A stretch of 64,000 nucleotides of DNA from a virus: the UHGV virus genome UHGV-0240317; one strand, 5' to 3'. Shown one piece after another: positions 29,361 through 48,002 of the stretch. The translations under genes and the position numbers were made by a program. Position 1 is the first letter of the stretch. Each line of letters begins with the position of its first letter. The notes under the pieces were generated by a model. That model was not told the origin of the DNA. It ran no database searches and saw nothing but the letters and a program-made list of their open reading frames with translations.

Positions 29361-29621
29361 ATGAAAATTGAACACTGCTATGAGTCTGATGGAACACCTA
29401 TCCGTTGTCCACATTGTGGGTGTACAGACTTACAAGGTGAGGTAAGTGAAATAGTCAACGGTCATATTGCTGAAGAAAGTACCCGATGCACAGGGTGTAA
29501 TGAAATTATCGCTTTCTGGGCTTATGGTTCATACCAACCATCTCCACATTTTATCTACCATCGTAGTAAAGTTGTGAAGAGTGTCATCAACTGGTTCATT
29601 AAGAAAGGGTTTACAAAATGA
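29361..29621 (+). CDS. hypothetical zinc-ribbon protein
   Basis: CPHCGC ... CTGC cysteine pairs. Confidence 0.45.
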   Translation: MKIEHCYESDGTPIRCPHCGCTDLQGEVSEIVNGHIAEESTRCTGCNEIIAFWAYGSYQPSPHFIYHRSKVVKSVINWFIKKGFTK

Positions 29622-30163
29622 TTAAACTAATATTTGCAAGTGGTGAAAACGGTGAATTTGGTACACCGACTGGTATGCCGTGGCCTCGACATAAGCAAGA
29701 TATGCAAGAGTTTAAGAGACTCACTAAAAACAACTTAGTAGTGATGGGTAATGAGACTTTCAAGACTCTGGGGGGTAAGCCTTTACCAGAACGTGCAAAC
29801 CTCATCTTAACAAATTCTGTACCATACTTAGGCATAGACTTTGGCAAAGATGATGTAATGTATGCTAAAGCCAGTAAAGAGTCATTTGGAGCATTTTTGA
29901 AGTATCTTGATAGCTCTATTGATGAAGATGTCTTTGTAATTGGTGGCGCAGGTGTCCTTGTCGATGCTTTACCGTATGCTGATGTAGTGTTCCATACTGT
30001 TTTCCATAAAGTTACTGAAGAGGTCACTGTGTATTTACCTTTTGAGAACTTCTTTGAGAAGCTGTATGATAACCGTGTATTTACAAAGGTGCAGTCAAGA
30101 CCCTCAGATGATGGTAAAGCAACCTTTGAAATTTATGTTCCACAAGTAAAAGGACACTTTTGA
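29618..30163 (+). CDS. frd: dihydrofolate reductase
   Basis: 181 aa; IFASGENGEFG, GMPW and VVMGNETFKTLG motifs characteristic of DHFR. Confidence 0.8.
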   Translation: MIKLIFASGENGEFGTPTGMPWPRHKQDMQEFKRLTKNNLVVMGNETFKTLGGKPLPERANLILTNSVPYLGIDFGKDDVMYAKASKESFGAFLKYLDSSIDEDVFVIGGAGVLVDALPYADVVFHTVFHKVTEEVTVYLPFENFFEKLYDNRVFTKVQSRPSDDGKATFEIYVPQVKGHF

Positions 30164-30164
30164 T

Positions 30165-31064
30165 ATGTCACAAGCAGATTCAAGTTACAAAAATATCCTG
30201 AACCATGTTTTATCCGTTGGTGAACTGCGTACTACACGAACTGGAGACGTTATCTCTGCATTTGCTCCACCACAATTTCGTTTTGATATGAGAACTGGTT
30301 TCCCACTCTTAACATCTAAACAGGTGTTTACACGGCAAGTTATTGGGGAAGCTTTATGGTTCCTGAATGGTGAGAATAAACTTGGTGAACTCCGTTACCG
30401 TACTTGGGGTGAAAATGACGGAGAACGTTGGACTATCTGGTCAGATGATTTTAAACGATGGCTAAGTTCTAATTATTCTTCTGAACAAGATTGGTTAGAA
30501 GATGCAGGTGGGAGAATCTATGGGGTCCAGTGGAGAAACTTCGAAGGTCATAATGGTTGTGTTGTAGACCAGTTAGAGACCTTAGTAACGAAGATGAAGG
30601 GTGATATCACAGACCGTTACATGCTTGTTAATGCTTGGAATGCAGCAGATATTGCAGCAAACTCAATGGCTTTAGCACCTTGTCATGTTCTGTTTCAGAT
30701 TTATATAACTAATGAAGGTGAAGTGGATTTGCAATGGTATCAGCGTTCTGTAGACACCTTTTTAGGACTTCCGTTTAACATTGCGTCTTATGGCTTCATC
30801 TTAGAAGTTCTTTGCAAGATGACTGGATACACTCCACGGTACTTGATAGGTGTCTTTGGAGATACTCAGATTTATCAGAACCATATGAAGCAGGTTTATG
30901 AACTGATGAACAATGAAGAGTTCCATGCACCTACTTTTGAGATTGGTGTACAGCTTAACACTTTAAGTGACTTAAAACATCTTACTGCAAGTGACTTTAT
31001 TGGTGGAATTAACAACTACCAACATGCAGGGAAGATTGAAGCACCTTTGTCAGTAGGTAAATAA
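30165..31064 (+). CDS. td: thymidylate synthase
   Basis: 299 aa; LAPCHVLFQIY active-site cysteine motif and FPLLTSKQVF folate-binding region. Confidence 0.85.
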   Translation: MSQADSSYKNILNHVLSVGELRTTRTGDVISAFAPPQFRFDMRTGFPLLTSKQVFTRQVIGEALWFLNGENKLGELRYRTWGENDGERWTIWSDDFKRWLSSNYSSEQDWLEDAGGRIYGVQWRNFEGHNGCVVDQLETLVTKMKGDITDRYMLVNAWNAADIAANSMALAPCHVLFQIYITNEGEVDLQWYQRSVDTFLGLPFNIASYGFILEVLCKMTGYTPRYLIGVFGDTQIYQNHMKQVYELMNNEEFHAPTFEIGVQLNTLSDLKHLTASDFIGGINNYQHAGKIEAPLSVGK

Positions 31065-31069
31065 AACAA

Positions 31070-31098
31070 AAAAGGCTCCCGTCAAAAGGAGCCTTAAA
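31070..31098. terminator. bidirectional intrinsic terminator between convergent td and minus-strand genes
   Basis: AGGCTCC cgtcaaa GGAGCCT flanked by A-run upstream and T-run downstream. Confidence 0.6.
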
Positions 31099-31101
31099 AT
31101 T

Positions 31102-31473
31102 TTATTTTTCAGTATTCTTTGTGTTCTTCTCAGTAATAGCTTGGAGGGCTGATACTGATTGAGCCAGATTATTCACACTGTCAGAGAATTTATCAAGAGT
31201 TTTGGTAAGTTTTGCGTTTTCACCCTTAACATTCTCTAACTGAACTTTCTGGTTCTCCATCCCTAACTGAATCAGTCTCATGTCAGACTGTAAATCACGA
31301 ATAGCTAAATAGTTACTTTTGGAATAATTATCGAGCTGCTGTAACTTTGTTGTGACAGACACTTCTTGTTTACCACTTGAAACTTGCATCGTGGTATACA
31401 TCCCAATAACACTAAAAATACCAACTACAATTGCACCAATATTATTTTTAAAAGCTTCCTCTAGCCACTTCAT
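31102..31473 (-). CDS. hypothetical membrane-anchored coiled-coil protein
   Basis: N-terminal TM (IGAIVVGIFSVIGMY) then coiled coil. Confidence 0.4.
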   Translation of the reverse strand: MKWLEEAFKNNIGAIVVGIFSVIGMYTTMQVSSGKQEVSVTTKLQQLDNYSKSNYLAIRDLQSDMRLIQLGMENQKVQLENVKGENAKLTKTLDKFSDSVNNLAQSVSALQAITEKNTKNTEK

Positions 31474-31667
31474 TTATTCTCCCCCTTAAAAGCTTTTTCT
31501 AAGTTATCTACGAACTCATCATCAATAGGTGTGTCTGTTTTACTCGCAAGGTATCTTGCAAGCTTAAAGAACACTTTCTCAATCATGTATTCACTTAGAA
31601 GGGATAAAATGAGTTTCCAGAAGAAGCTACCTAGATTTTTTAGAAGAATTGCTAGGATTGTAGGCAT
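31470..31667 (-). CDS. hypothetical small membrane protein
   Basis: 65 aa, N-terminal hydrophobic segment. Confidence 0.35.
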   Translation of the reverse strand: MPTILAILLKNLGSFFWKLILSLLSEYMIEKVFFKLARYLASKTDTPIDDEFVDNLEKAFKGENK

Positions 31668-31746
31668 TTAATCACCTCATCAGCCAAGATGGTGAGAATA
31701 CCCATAAAGAATATTAACACCATCTTAACAATCAGTCAACAAGGGA

Positions 31747-34314
31747 TTAAGCAGTTCTTACCCAAGCCATTAACTTGTAGAACTGGTTAGTAACACTAAA
31801 TGCTGAACCAGAACCTGTACCACCAGTGTTACCACTAACTGTATGAGTGTGAGCACCGATACCTACAGAGTGGGAATGGTCGCCAGCACCACTTGTAGTA
31901 CCAGACCATGTATGTGTATGGTTGCCAGTTGTGTTAGTGTTAGGGAATTTATTGTCCCTTCTGTCAAGCCAGTCAAGTGTTCTAGGGAGACTGTTACCAA
32001 TGGTTGTATAACCGTACAAAGCATCACCACCATTAACCAATAGTAGACCTAAGTGGTGAGCGTGGTCACCAGCAGCACTTGTTGTACCACTTACAGAGTG
32101 AGTGTGTCCACCAGTACTATTAGTTCCCTTCGTACCATAATCAAAAGATGAAGTAGTTGCAGAGAAACTATGAGTGTGTGATGGTAAGTTACCAACAGCT
32201 AACGTCACAGAATCTGAACCACCTGTTGTAGCAACATCTGAACCGTTTGCTGCTGCAATTCTGATAGTTCTACCAACACCATTGTTCAGGTACGTCCAAG
32301 TTAACCCAGGCAACGCTGTGTTAGGGTTAACATTACTGTTAAACCACGTTACAATACCAACTGGGTAGATTTTATTAAGGTCTGTAGAGTCACTTACTGC
32401 CTGTGCAATCTTCTGGTCAGTCTCAGCTTTAGTGTATGCACCGATATCTGAAGGGGTTGGTTTTTGCATACTTGTGTAGTATTTTGCAACAGTGCCTTTA
32501 ACAATACCTTGTGGTGCATCATCAAATGTTTGTGGAGTTTCAAACAACTGTACACTTGCATTACTAGAAGACTGAACTCTTGTTGTTGTCCCATTTTGGG
32601 AATTACCAACTCTACAGTAGATATCATAAGTATCACCAGACGTATTCACATAACCAATGTCACTGATAAGATTATTCTTCGAGACTCTCCAAGCTACAGC
32701 GTTTAGACCCTTCGGTCTGTTATTTGATGTTCTCAAGACAATCTCACACTTACCTGCCTGATGTGGTGTATTAGCCTTAAAACCTGACCCACCAAATACT
32801 TCAATCACCGCAGTGGATGCAGCTTGTGGCATCACAACAGTAGCAAGTTTAGCCCACTTGTCAGTGCTTCCTTTATTGAAGCCAGTACTTCTGATTCTCA
32901 AATATCTCTCATCACTAGTACTTTGGGTGAAGTATCTCCCATCAATGTTAGTCCAATCAGAAGGTCGAACTTGACCAATGATGCTCAATGTTTTATTGAT
33001 AACAGCGATACTAGATAGAATAACTTCACAATCTGTCTTGTGATTGCGAATGGTAACATCATCACTCCCTGAGCCATTACCTACATACCACCTGTAAGCA
33101 CCAGTGCTGTCCTGACCTCTAATGTACAATGGTGAGTTCTCAGAAGAGTTTTTTAACCTAATGGCTTCACCGTTTGCTTGAATAATTTGTTGGAAAGTGA
33201 AAGTGTTAGCCACATTAATCTTAGCAAGATTACTCAAAGTAGCTGCTGGAATGTATCTAGAGTCAATGTTAGCCCAATCAGAAGGTTGAACTTGACCAAC
33301 GACTTTAAGTTGCTTATTAACCTTAACATAACCATTGTCGAGTCTAAGATTAGAACCATACGTATAGTTGTGGATTAATACAGCAGGTGTATTATCACCA
33401 TTACCTACATACCACTTACCAGAGCCATCATTAGCTTCGCCTTTAATGTACAGTGCACCATTAGCTACAGTATTTTTTAACCTTAAGGCTGCACTATTCG
33501 TCTCAATTGATAGGATTTGATTAAATGTATTCACGCCTCTAAAGGTATTATCACCAGATAACTGTGCAAACCTCTGATTAGCTGCTGTCTGAGTAAAATA
33601 CCTAGCATCTAAGTTAGTCCAATCAGAAGGTCGAACTTGACCAGTGATTTGAATTGATTTATTCACAGAGATTAGGTTAGCTAAAATAGCTACGTATGCA
33701 CCAGATTTAACGTTTTTTAAAACAAGGTTGTCTGTGCCTTTATTATCATTGCCTAGATACCATCTGTTAGTACCATCTGCATCTTGACCACGAATATACA
33801 GCGGCATTCCTTGTGTAATATTCTTAACAATAAGAGCTTTATTGTCAGAGAGAATAGCTTGAGTACCTCTAAATGTGTTATTTACAGCTAATCTTGAGTA
33901 TCTTGCATCATTTTCTTCATTAGTTCTCATCCCAAGTTCATTAGGACTTGGTTTATTCAGAGTATGATAAACAGTTGCTGACCTTGAAGCATCTGCAATA
34001 GTCAGTTTAAGACCATTTGCGTTGATTTTAAAAGTCTTTAAAACATCCCCGATATTAATCTCAGAAGAGCCTGTTGGGTTAAATACTACCTTACCACCAT
34101 AAAGTAACTTAACAATTCCTAAGTCACCCGTCATAGTGCTACCAGCAATCTGAACAAATCTTTCAAGTTTAAAAGAAGCTAAGAAATCTCGATAGGTCAT
34201 TCGACGGTCTTCATCGCCAAGCATTTCAGGTCTCTTTTTAACTCTGACATGAAGAAGGTCATCTGAACGGATTGTATCGATTGAGTTTAATTCACTCAAC
34301 TTGTAATCTGCCAT
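31747..34314 (-). CDS. tail fibre protein with internal tandem repeats and C-terminal His-rich (HxH) module
   Basis: 855 aa; three ~98-aa repeats; C-terminus HTHSFS...GHTHSVSG...DHAHH...NHTHTWSG...[17 protein letters not shown] ending AWVRTA. Confidence 0.7.
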   Translation of the reverse strand: MADYKLSELNSIDTIRSDDLLHVRVKKRPEMLGDEDRRMTYRDFLASFKLERFVQIAGSTMTGDLGIVKLLYGGKVVFNPTGSSEINIGDVLKTFKINANGLKLTIADASRSATVYHTLNKPSPNELGMRTNEENDARYSRLAVNNTFRGTQAILSDNKALIVKNITQGMPLYIRGQDADGTNRWYLGNDNKGTDNLVLKNVKSGAYVAILANLISVNKSIQITGQVRPSDWTNLDARYFTQTAANQRFAQLSGDNTFRGVNTFNQILSIETNSAALRLKNTVANGALYIKGEANDGSGKWYVGNGDNTPAVLIHNYTYGSNLRLDNGYVKVNKQLKVVGQVQPSDWANIDSRYIPAATLSNLAKINVANTFTFQQIIQANGEAIRLKNSSENSPLYIRGQDSTGAYRWYVGNGSGSDDVTIRNHKTDCEVILSSIAVINKTLSIIGQVRPSDWTNIDGRYFTQSTSDERYLRIRSTGFNKGSTDKWAKLATVVMPQAASTAVIEVFGGSGFKANTPHQAGKCEIVLRTSNNRPKGLNAVAWRVSKNNLISDIGYVNTSGDTYDIYCRVGNSQNGTTTRVQSSSNASVQLFETPQTFDDAPQGIVKGTVAKYYTSMQKPTPSDIGAYTKAETDQKIAQAVSDSTDLNKIYPVGIVTWFNSNVNPNTALPGLTWTYLNNGVGRTIRIAAANGSDVATTGGSDSVTLAVGNLPSHTHSFSATTSSFDYGTKGTNSTGGHTHSVSGTTSAAGDHAHHLGLLLVNGGDALYGYTTIGNSLPRTLDWLDRRDNKFPNTNTTGNHTHTWSGTTSGAGDHSHSVGIGAHTHTVSGNTGGTGSGSAFSVTNQFYKLMAWVRTA
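32994..33885. repeat. three in-frame tandem repeats (~294 bp each) inside tail fibre gene
   Basis: Protein repeats ...LYI(R/K)G(Q/E)..G..(R/K)WY(L/V)GN...GQV(R/Q)PSDW(T/A)N(L/I)D.RY...; antisense ORF-track peptides 32824-33018 and 33178-33378 are near-identical. Confidence 0.6.
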
Positions 34315-34319
34315 TATAA

Positions 34320-34349
34320 ATTTTCCTCTTAAAAGGGGCTATCAAGCCC
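34320..34349 (-). terminator. hairpin (GGGGCT tgata AGCCCC) + U-run upstream of tail fibre gene
   Basis: Inverted repeat 34334-34349, minus strand followed by UUUUAAGAGG. Confidence 0.45.
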
Positions 34350-34360
34350 CTGTAAAGAAA

Positions 34361-35548
34361 TTAAGCTGTTCTCTGCCATACATAAAGTACGAAGGATGGC
34401 TGCTCAATGTTAAAAGCTTGTCCACCACCAACTCTGTTAGTGTTCCCGCTATGCGTATGCTCAGAAGAAGAAACTGTTACAGTACCATTGTGTGTATGTG
34501 AACCAATACCAACCGTATGGCTGTGAGCACCAATACCAACCGTGTGGTTGTGGTTACCAGTCGTGTTAGTGGTCACACTGAAAGAGTGGGCATGTGAACC
34601 AGCAACTTCACAGACAGCATCTGCTGAGTACCATGATTGGTCATTCCTTGAAGACCAAACCATTGCAGGTCTTTCCGATAAACCACCACCTGCTTCATAG
34701 GTCAATCTGTGGTTGTGAGCACCAGCCGCATTTGTTGACCCACTACCCACATGGTTGTGGTTACCAGTCGTGTTAGTGGTCTTTGTTCCATAGTCAAAAG
34801 AGTTGGTAGTCTTAGTTCCATAATCAAAAGCTGAAATTGACACCGTTGCATTATGGGTGTGACCACCGCCACTAAGAGACACAGAGTGTGAGTGTTGTGG
34901 CATGTTATTAACTGACAAAGTGACAGTTGAAGCACCAAATACAGAGCCTGCTGGTCTTGTATCAGAGTCATAACCAACCAATGCTCTACCTTTTGAAACT
35001 AACTCCCAAGTTCCTCCACAAATTAAATACGTAGAAGGGTTTGCAGAGTTCATGGAAAGATGGATAGTACCTACTGGATAAGAAGCCTGAACAGCCTTGT
35101 ACAAGTTATTTACTGCTCTTGCTGTAGCATACTTATCTGCATCTTCGTTATAAAGGTTCGATGTTGTCCAGTTCTGGACATTGCGCAACCCTACCTGTGC
35201 CTTAGTTGTATTGTGTGGGTTGCTCTTGTCCTGAATATGCTGTTGAACAAGATTATTAACCTCTTCTGAAGACATAATCTGTAGATTTGCTCTTGCCTGA
35301 GCTACATTAGTAACGTCTGATAAGTTATTTGCAGCAACTAACTGAAGAGCATTAATAACATTATCTAAACCAATTTGTGTTTTAGTAACACCATGAGGGT
35401 TATTTCTTAGGCTTGAGTGTGGAGCAAGTAATTGCTCAAGAGTGCACCTCTTATCCTCAATACCCTGCTTAAGATGGAAGATATCACTAAGGTCAATTGG
35501 TAAGGCTGCTTGAGGCAAGGCACTAATTTGAATTTCACCTACTGCCAT
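34361..35548 (-). CDS. tail fibre protein paralog sharing C-terminal His-rich module
   Basis: 395 aa; C-terminus HSHSVSLSGGGHTHN...FDYGTK...NHNHVG...AHNHR...SHAHSFS...HNHTVGIGAHSHTVGIGSHTHNG ending VWQRTA. Confidence 0.65.
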   Translation of the reverse strand: MAVGEIQISALPQAALPIDLSDIFHLKQGIEDKRCTLEQLLAPHSSLRNNPHGVTKTQIGLDNVINALQLVAANNLSDVTNVAQARANLQIMSSEEVNNLVQQHIQDKSNPHNTTKAQVGLRNVQNWTTSNLYNEDADKYATARAVNNLYKAVQASYPVGTIHLSMNSANPSTYLICGGTWELVSKGRALVGYDSDTRPAGSVFGASTVTLSVNNMPQHSHSVSLSGGGHTHNATVSISAFDYGTKTTNSFDYGTKTTNTTGNHNHVGSGSTNAAGAHNHRLTYEAGGGLSERPAMVWSSRNDQSWYSADAVCEVAGSHAHSFSVTTNTTGNHNHTVGIGAHSHTVGIGSHTHNGTVTVSSSEHTHSGNTNRVGGGQAFNIEQPSFVLYVWQRTA

Positions 35549-35550
35549 TA

Positions 35551-43548
<7,998 letters not shown>

Positions 43549-43549
<1 letters not shown>

Positions 43550-43788
43550 TACATTTTTCCTGCTCTTCTAAGTTCGTTGTAAGCAATTTCCTCTTTATAC
43601 GACCTCTGAATTTCAAGAAATTGTCTCAATGATAATAAATCAGAGAATGTCATAGCAAAGAGTTGGTCAAGTGTTTCTTTACACCCTTCCATACCATAAA
43701 TAGCAAGCACAAATTTCATCTCGTCTGCTTCTTCATAGGTTGCCTCTACAGCAGCATCAGTTAGTGGTGTCTGTAGAGTATTACCCAT
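43549..43788 (-). CDS. putative tail assembly chaperone (small)
   Basis: 79 aa between chaperone-like ORF and tape measure. Confidence 0.4.
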
Positions 43789-43790
43789 GT

Positions 43791-44189
43791 TTACTGAGAA
43801 GTTAGGCTTTTGAAAATGCTTGCTTCGAAAAAACTTCCGAAGTTTGCCTCCAGCGCAAATGCTAAGTAATCAATAAACTCACCGTAGTTTGCTTGGAAGT
43901 ATGTATCAATATTAAGTGGGAAATCATCAACAGTTGCCCCTTGAAATAATAGTGTAGCCATTTCTTCAAGGTTAATTTCTTCAATTCTGTCAAAACAAGC
44001 TTCAACAAGTTCTTTAAATGGAACCATTGGAGCTTCTTTTTTATCTTTATCAGTCAGACTTGACAGCATCTGTGCAAATGTTGGAACAACAATCTTACCC
44101 AACTTCATAGACATCTTAATACCATCTCTTGCCCCAAGCAGAATGATATTTACTTTCTTACCATTAATTACTCTAGATTCTGTTTTCAT
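43791..44189 (-). CDS. putative tail assembly chaperone
   Basis: 132 aa; position tube-chaperone-TMP. Confidence 0.4.
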   Translation of the reverse strand: MKTESRVINGKKVNIILLGARDGIKMSMKLGKIVVPTFAQMLSSLTDKDKKEAPMVPFKELVEACFDRIEEINLEEMATLLFQGATVDDFPLNIDTYFQANYGEFIDYLAFALEANFGSFFEASIFKSLTSQ

Positions 44190-44207
44190 TGTGATTCCTT
44201 AATACTT

Positions 44208-44249
44208 TTAAAAGAAACAAAAAAGGGGAAGACCTTTTAAAGTCTCCCC
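44208..44249 (-). terminator. strong intrinsic terminator after tail tube gene
   Basis: GGGGAGAC uuuaaaag GUCUUCCCC followed by UUUUUUGUUUCUUUU on minus strand. Confidence 0.6.
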
Positions 44250-44262
44250 CTTATAGGATTTA

Positions 44263-44709
44263 TTAAACACTTGACGCTGGAATTGTAGAAGTGTAGTCTA
44301 GCTTCTCACAACCAAAAATCCAAGTTTTAGAGTTCTGGTCACGCCCAAGTTCAATCTGTGGTAATTCCTGCAACCAAGCATTAATACCAGTTGCCAGAAC
44401 AGAGCCTGATGGGTCGTATATTACGAAGTTAGAAGAGATGTCTTCTTCAAGTTCCATGTTGTCTTGTTTAGCTTGAATTGCAGAAAGCATCTGGTTAGAG
44501 AGAGAAGTCTGCATTAGCTCAATCTCAATAGTACCTGTCTTGTCTGCATTTCTTGTCAGAGCAACTTGACCACCTGCCCCAACAACTGGTGTCACAAGTG
44601 GTGATGTTCTCTGTAGACGTAAAAATGAGTCTGGGGCAAAGCCTTCAATGGCAATACCATTCCAGCTACATACAACGTCTTTAGGGGAATATTGCTGATA
44701 CATAGCCAT
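44263..44709 (-). CDS. putative tail tube protein
   Basis: 148 aa directly downstream of sheath-sized gene and upstream of terminator. Confidence 0.5.
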   Translation of the reverse strand: MAMYQQYSPKDVVCSWNGIAIEGFAPDSFLRLQRTSPLVTPVVGAGGQVALTRNADKTGTIEIELMQTSLSNQMLSAIQAKQDNMELEEDISSNFVIYDPSGSVLATGINAWLQELPQIELGRDQNSKTWIFGCEKLDYTSTIPASSV

Positions 44710-44724
44710 TCCAATTTACCTCTA

Positions 44725-46077
44725 TTATTCGTAAGCCACTGTACCTTTCAAGTCAACATCCAAGATAGCCCCTGCTAAGATACCTGCAAAGGTAACATCT
44801 TTCAGGATACGAGCTTTCTTGTCTGCCAAAGCAACTTGAGAGGCTTTAGGAACATTAACTGTGTAAGATGACAGGAAGTTTCTGTTGACTGCTCTTTGTA
44901 GAGAGGTTTCAATGACTTGACGAATACGGGTAATACCAGTATCATCATAAGTAATCTTACCACCCTTCTGGTTAATTAGCAAGTCCCTCAGAGAAGTTTT
45001 CAGGTCTGATTCTAACCAGTCAACGCCACGGACGATATCAATCCATTCCCCACCAGAAGTAATCCCTCTACGAACCACTGGAACACCACCATCAAGGTCA
45101 ATAAAGTTACAGTGACGTGCATCTAAAGCTGACTTCTGAATACTTGTCAGAGGTCTCTTATTAGATGGTTGTAGAGAAGCTGCTACACCAGTTAGCTGAG
45201 CATTACCCCAAGCAATTGAACCTGCATCATATGGAGCACCATAAGCAATGTATGCCATCTCTGGGTAATCTTCTGCTGCTGCGTGATGCCACAAGCAAAC
45301 TGTGCGAGTATACATACTCTTAGCAAGCTGTGCTGGAACATCATTTGCACTGTTTAATTCTGTACCTTGCAGTGCTGCTACATCAGAGTTAGCTGTGAAG
45401 AAGATTTTCTTACGAGCCTGAATCTCAGAAGCCATTGCTAAGACAAATTGTTGAGTTCTGTCTTCTGCTGCAATGAAATACCAGTCAGTAGAATAAGCTT
45501 CAATGGCTGCCAGAGCAGTTGATGCTGTATCAGCAGTTGTGCTTGCAATAGATACAGTCTGTGCTGTAGTTGTTACCTTCACAAAGTCGTTATCACCAGC
45601 TTTGGTAATAATCATTGTGGCGGAACCAGCACTACCAGTTACATTCACAGAAACCTTATCTTTGATGGTTGGGTCATCTTCAATCTGTGATTTAAACTGT
45701 TGCAATACTTTCTCAGCAGTGTCTGATTCTTGTGCTGTATACTGATATGGTTGAGAAATTCCACCCCCAGCAGCTACAGTAATTGAGTAGTCTGTGCTTT
45801 CAGTAACAGAGTCGGGAATTGATACAGTGTACTGCATAGCACGTCTACCAATATAAAGCTGAGTTACTTTAGGAGTCTGACTCCAAAGTTGTTTAGCAGC
45901 CTTATATGCAGCAGACCTCTCATCGAAATCTTCAGCAACTTCAGTTAAGGAAGTGTAGCCACGGACTCTTTCTTCAAAGTTATCTGTTGAAGCTAAGAAT
46001 AGTGGCAAACCAAAACCTTCTCTTGTAGTTCCTGCGGTGTTCAATGTAATATCTACATTAACAATTGGATTCCACAT
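44725..46077 (-). CDS. putative tail sheath protein
   Basis: 450 aa; sheath-tube-chaperone-TMP gene order typical of contractile tails. Confidence 0.5.
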   Translation of the reverse strand: MWNPIVNVDITLNTAGTTREGFGLPLFLASTDNFEERVRGYTSLTEVAEDFDERSAAYKAAKQLWSQTPKVTQLYIGRRAMQYTVSIPDSVTESTDYSITVAAGGGISQPYQYTAQESDTAEKVLQQFKSQIEDDPTIKDKVSVNVTGSAGSATMIITKAGDNDFVKVTTTAQTVSIASTTADTASTALAAIEAYSTDWYFIAAEDRTQQFVLAMASEIQARKKIFFTANSDVAALQGTELNSANDVPAQLAKSMYTRTVCLWHHAAAEDYPEMAYIAYGAPYDAGSIAWGNAQLTGVAASLQPSNKRPLTSIQKSALDARHCNFIDLDGGVPVVRRGITSGGEWIDIVRGVDWLESDLKTSLRDLLINQKGGKITYDDTGITRIRQVIETSLQRAVNRNFLSSYTVNVPKASQVALADKKARILKDVTFAGILAGAILDVDLKGTVAYE

Positions 46078-46677
46078 TTATTTTACCCCTTTGGAGTCTA
46101 CATCTAGATGGATAGTATATTCTGGTGGCTCTTGTCCTTCTTCATAAACCAACTCACCATCAACAATGACACGCTCAATAATACTTCCACGTTCATCTTT
46201 CAGGACTGAGTTTTTTACAAGAGTTACAACAAGAGGTGCAGAATTTTCGAAATCTGTATTGAGATAAGTGTAATCATTTGGGATTGCTCCAGTGTCTAGT
46301 ACTGTAGCTCCTGTTTCTTCAAGGATTAAATCTCTGACTGAACTCATCTCTAATCGTTGTTTAAGCTCAAGCATAATACTGTGAGCACCTTTACCATTTA
46401 CCGTAATCAATACAGGAATCTGAAAAGCAATTCTGTAGCAAACTACATCATCCTCAACAAACTTATCAAGAACCCAACCATAAGGTGTTGCAGCATCTTG
46501 ACAATATACGGTAATAAATGGCTGGTCAGGCTTTAAACCTTTGTCATTTGAGTTATCAGAAGGGTAAGCTCTAATTACGTTTGGTCTATTATTTTTATCA
46601 CGAGCTAGTCTGTGACCAATAACATCCACTAAGGTTCTAACTAGACCTTTTTCAAGTTCTGCTGTTTCTAACTGCAT
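46078..46677 (-). CDS. hypothetical head-tail joining / tail completion protein
   Basis: 199 aa between capsid and sheath genes. Confidence 0.35.
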   Translation of the reverse strand: MQLETAELEKGLVRTLVDVIGHRLARDKNNRPNVIRAYPSDNSNDKGLKPDQPFITVYCQDAATPYGWVLDKFVEDDVVCYRIAFQIPVLITVNGKGAHSIMLELKQRLEMSSVRDLILEETGATVLDTGAIPNDYTYLNTDFENSAPLVVTLVKNSVLKDERGSIIERVIVDGELVYEEGQEPPEYTIHLDVDSKGVK

Positions 46678-47053
46678 TCATTTTATCCCTTCTAATAATG
46701 ATATATTCATAATGGGACGTATGGGCTAATTGCTGTGACCAATCCATAGTCATAAATACCTCATACTCATGACCATCAATCATAACAATATCAGACTCAT
46801 TCCACTCTACATCATCTGAAGTTCTAAGTTTATATGTGGTATACAGGATTCTTGTATCTGTAAGTCTAATACCTTCCGGTAAAGCAATCTGTGTACCATT
46901 CTTTACAGAACCTTTGATATATGGCTGGATATTGCCTCTACAGTTAACCTCTACAATATCTTGTGAAGCTACCCAATCACCATCATCGTTATAATAACCG
47001 TCTTCAGAGACTTTACGCTTTACTACAAAGCTGTGTCTGTTTAAGAGTCTCAT
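46652..47053 (-). CDS. hypothetical head-tail joining protein
   Basis: 133-aa ORF. Confidence 0.35.
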   Translation of the reverse strand: MRLLNRHSFVVKRKVSEDGYYNDDGDWVASQDIVEVNCRGNIQPYIKGSVKNGTQIALPEGIRLTDTRILYTTYKLRTSDDVEWNESDIVMIDGHEYEVFMTMDWSQQLAHTSHYEYIIIRRDKMNAVRNSRT

Positions 47054-47532
47054 TTTTTAATACCCTTCTTAGTAGAAATTTTATAAGCAAGGTTATCTCT
47101 TAAGTCACCTGTCTCAACAAGAGGTGCGTTAAATCCTTTTTTCTTGACTGTGGAAGGTGCGTTAGGAGGAAGGATAGCAGAATTACCAAAACCCCTTTTA
47201 ATTACCTTTTGAGCATTCTTTGCAAATGCTTCTAAGGTATCTGAAGGGTCTGTGTTGAGACTGCTAAGTTGCTTATATAGATTCTTCTTAGTCTGCTCTA
47301 ACAAGGTCTGTTTGTTTAGCATCATAGTGATTTCAAACAACCTACGATATACTTTACCAGAAGCTGAAGGAACCCCAATAACTTCTTGTAAATACATTAA
47401 AGCAGGGTAAGAAAAACCAGAGCTATGTTGACCTTGTTCTTGAAAATACCCAACTTGAGCATTAGCCGTTTGCAAGTTCTTCATAGCCCCGACTAATTTT
47501 GCTCTAGCGGGGTGAATAACCCTTTTAACCAT
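47050..47532 (-). CDS. hypothetical head-tail connector protein
   Basis: 160-aa ORF. Confidence 0.35.
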   Translation of the reverse strand: MVKRVIHPARAKLVGAMKNLQTANAQVGYFQEQGQHSSGFSYPALMYLQEVIGVPSASGKVYRRLFEITMMLNKQTLLEQTKKNLYKQLSSLNTDPSDTLEAFAKNAQKVIKRGFGNSAILPPNAPSTVKKKGFNAPLVETGDLRDNLAYKISTKKGIKK

Positions 47533-47981
47533 TATTCATCTCGCTCGATAATAAATACGCCATTAACACGGTTGCAGTAATCTCTGCCTTCGTATCTGGC
47601 AGCATCACCATATTCTGTGTATTTCTTGACAGAGCAAGGATTCTGACGACGCATGTCAATATCACACTGATTAATACCACCTGCATAGGGTAGTCCTGAA
47701 ACAGAGCTTTTAACAAGGTCATCATAAACAGCTTTCAGAGATTTGAATCTGGAAGAGTTACGTAAATAAACACCACCAACCTTCTCATCTCCCATCTTGG
47801 CTACTTGAAAGAGTAAATATTTAAGAGCTTTGATGGCTGCTTTCTTTTCATCCTTTCCAGATTCTAGATAGAACCACTCTAGCACAGACTGTTCAATAAG
47901 GATTTCATCATTATTGGTGTCTGTGCAGAGGACTCTTACTCTATCAAGAGGGTTATTGGCTGGGTCGCCTGTATAACACAT
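47532..47981 (-). CDS. hypothetical head completion protein
   Basis: 149-aa ORF. Confidence 0.35.
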   Translation of the reverse strand: MCYTGDPANNPLDRVRVLCTDTNNDEILIEQSVLEWFYLESGKDEKKAAIKALKYLLFQVAKMGDEKVGGVYLRNSSRFKSLKAVYDDLVKSSVSGLPYAGGINQCDIDMRRQNPCSVKKYTEYGDAARYEGRDYCNRVNGVFIIERDE

Positions 47982-48002
47982 TCATAACCCTCCTTAAGAA
48001 TA

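Noticed and set aside
32824-33378. Plus-strand ORFs 32824-33018 and 33178-33378
   Set aside because: Antisense to the tail fibre gene; their similarity to each other simply reflects the tandem repeats on the coding strand.
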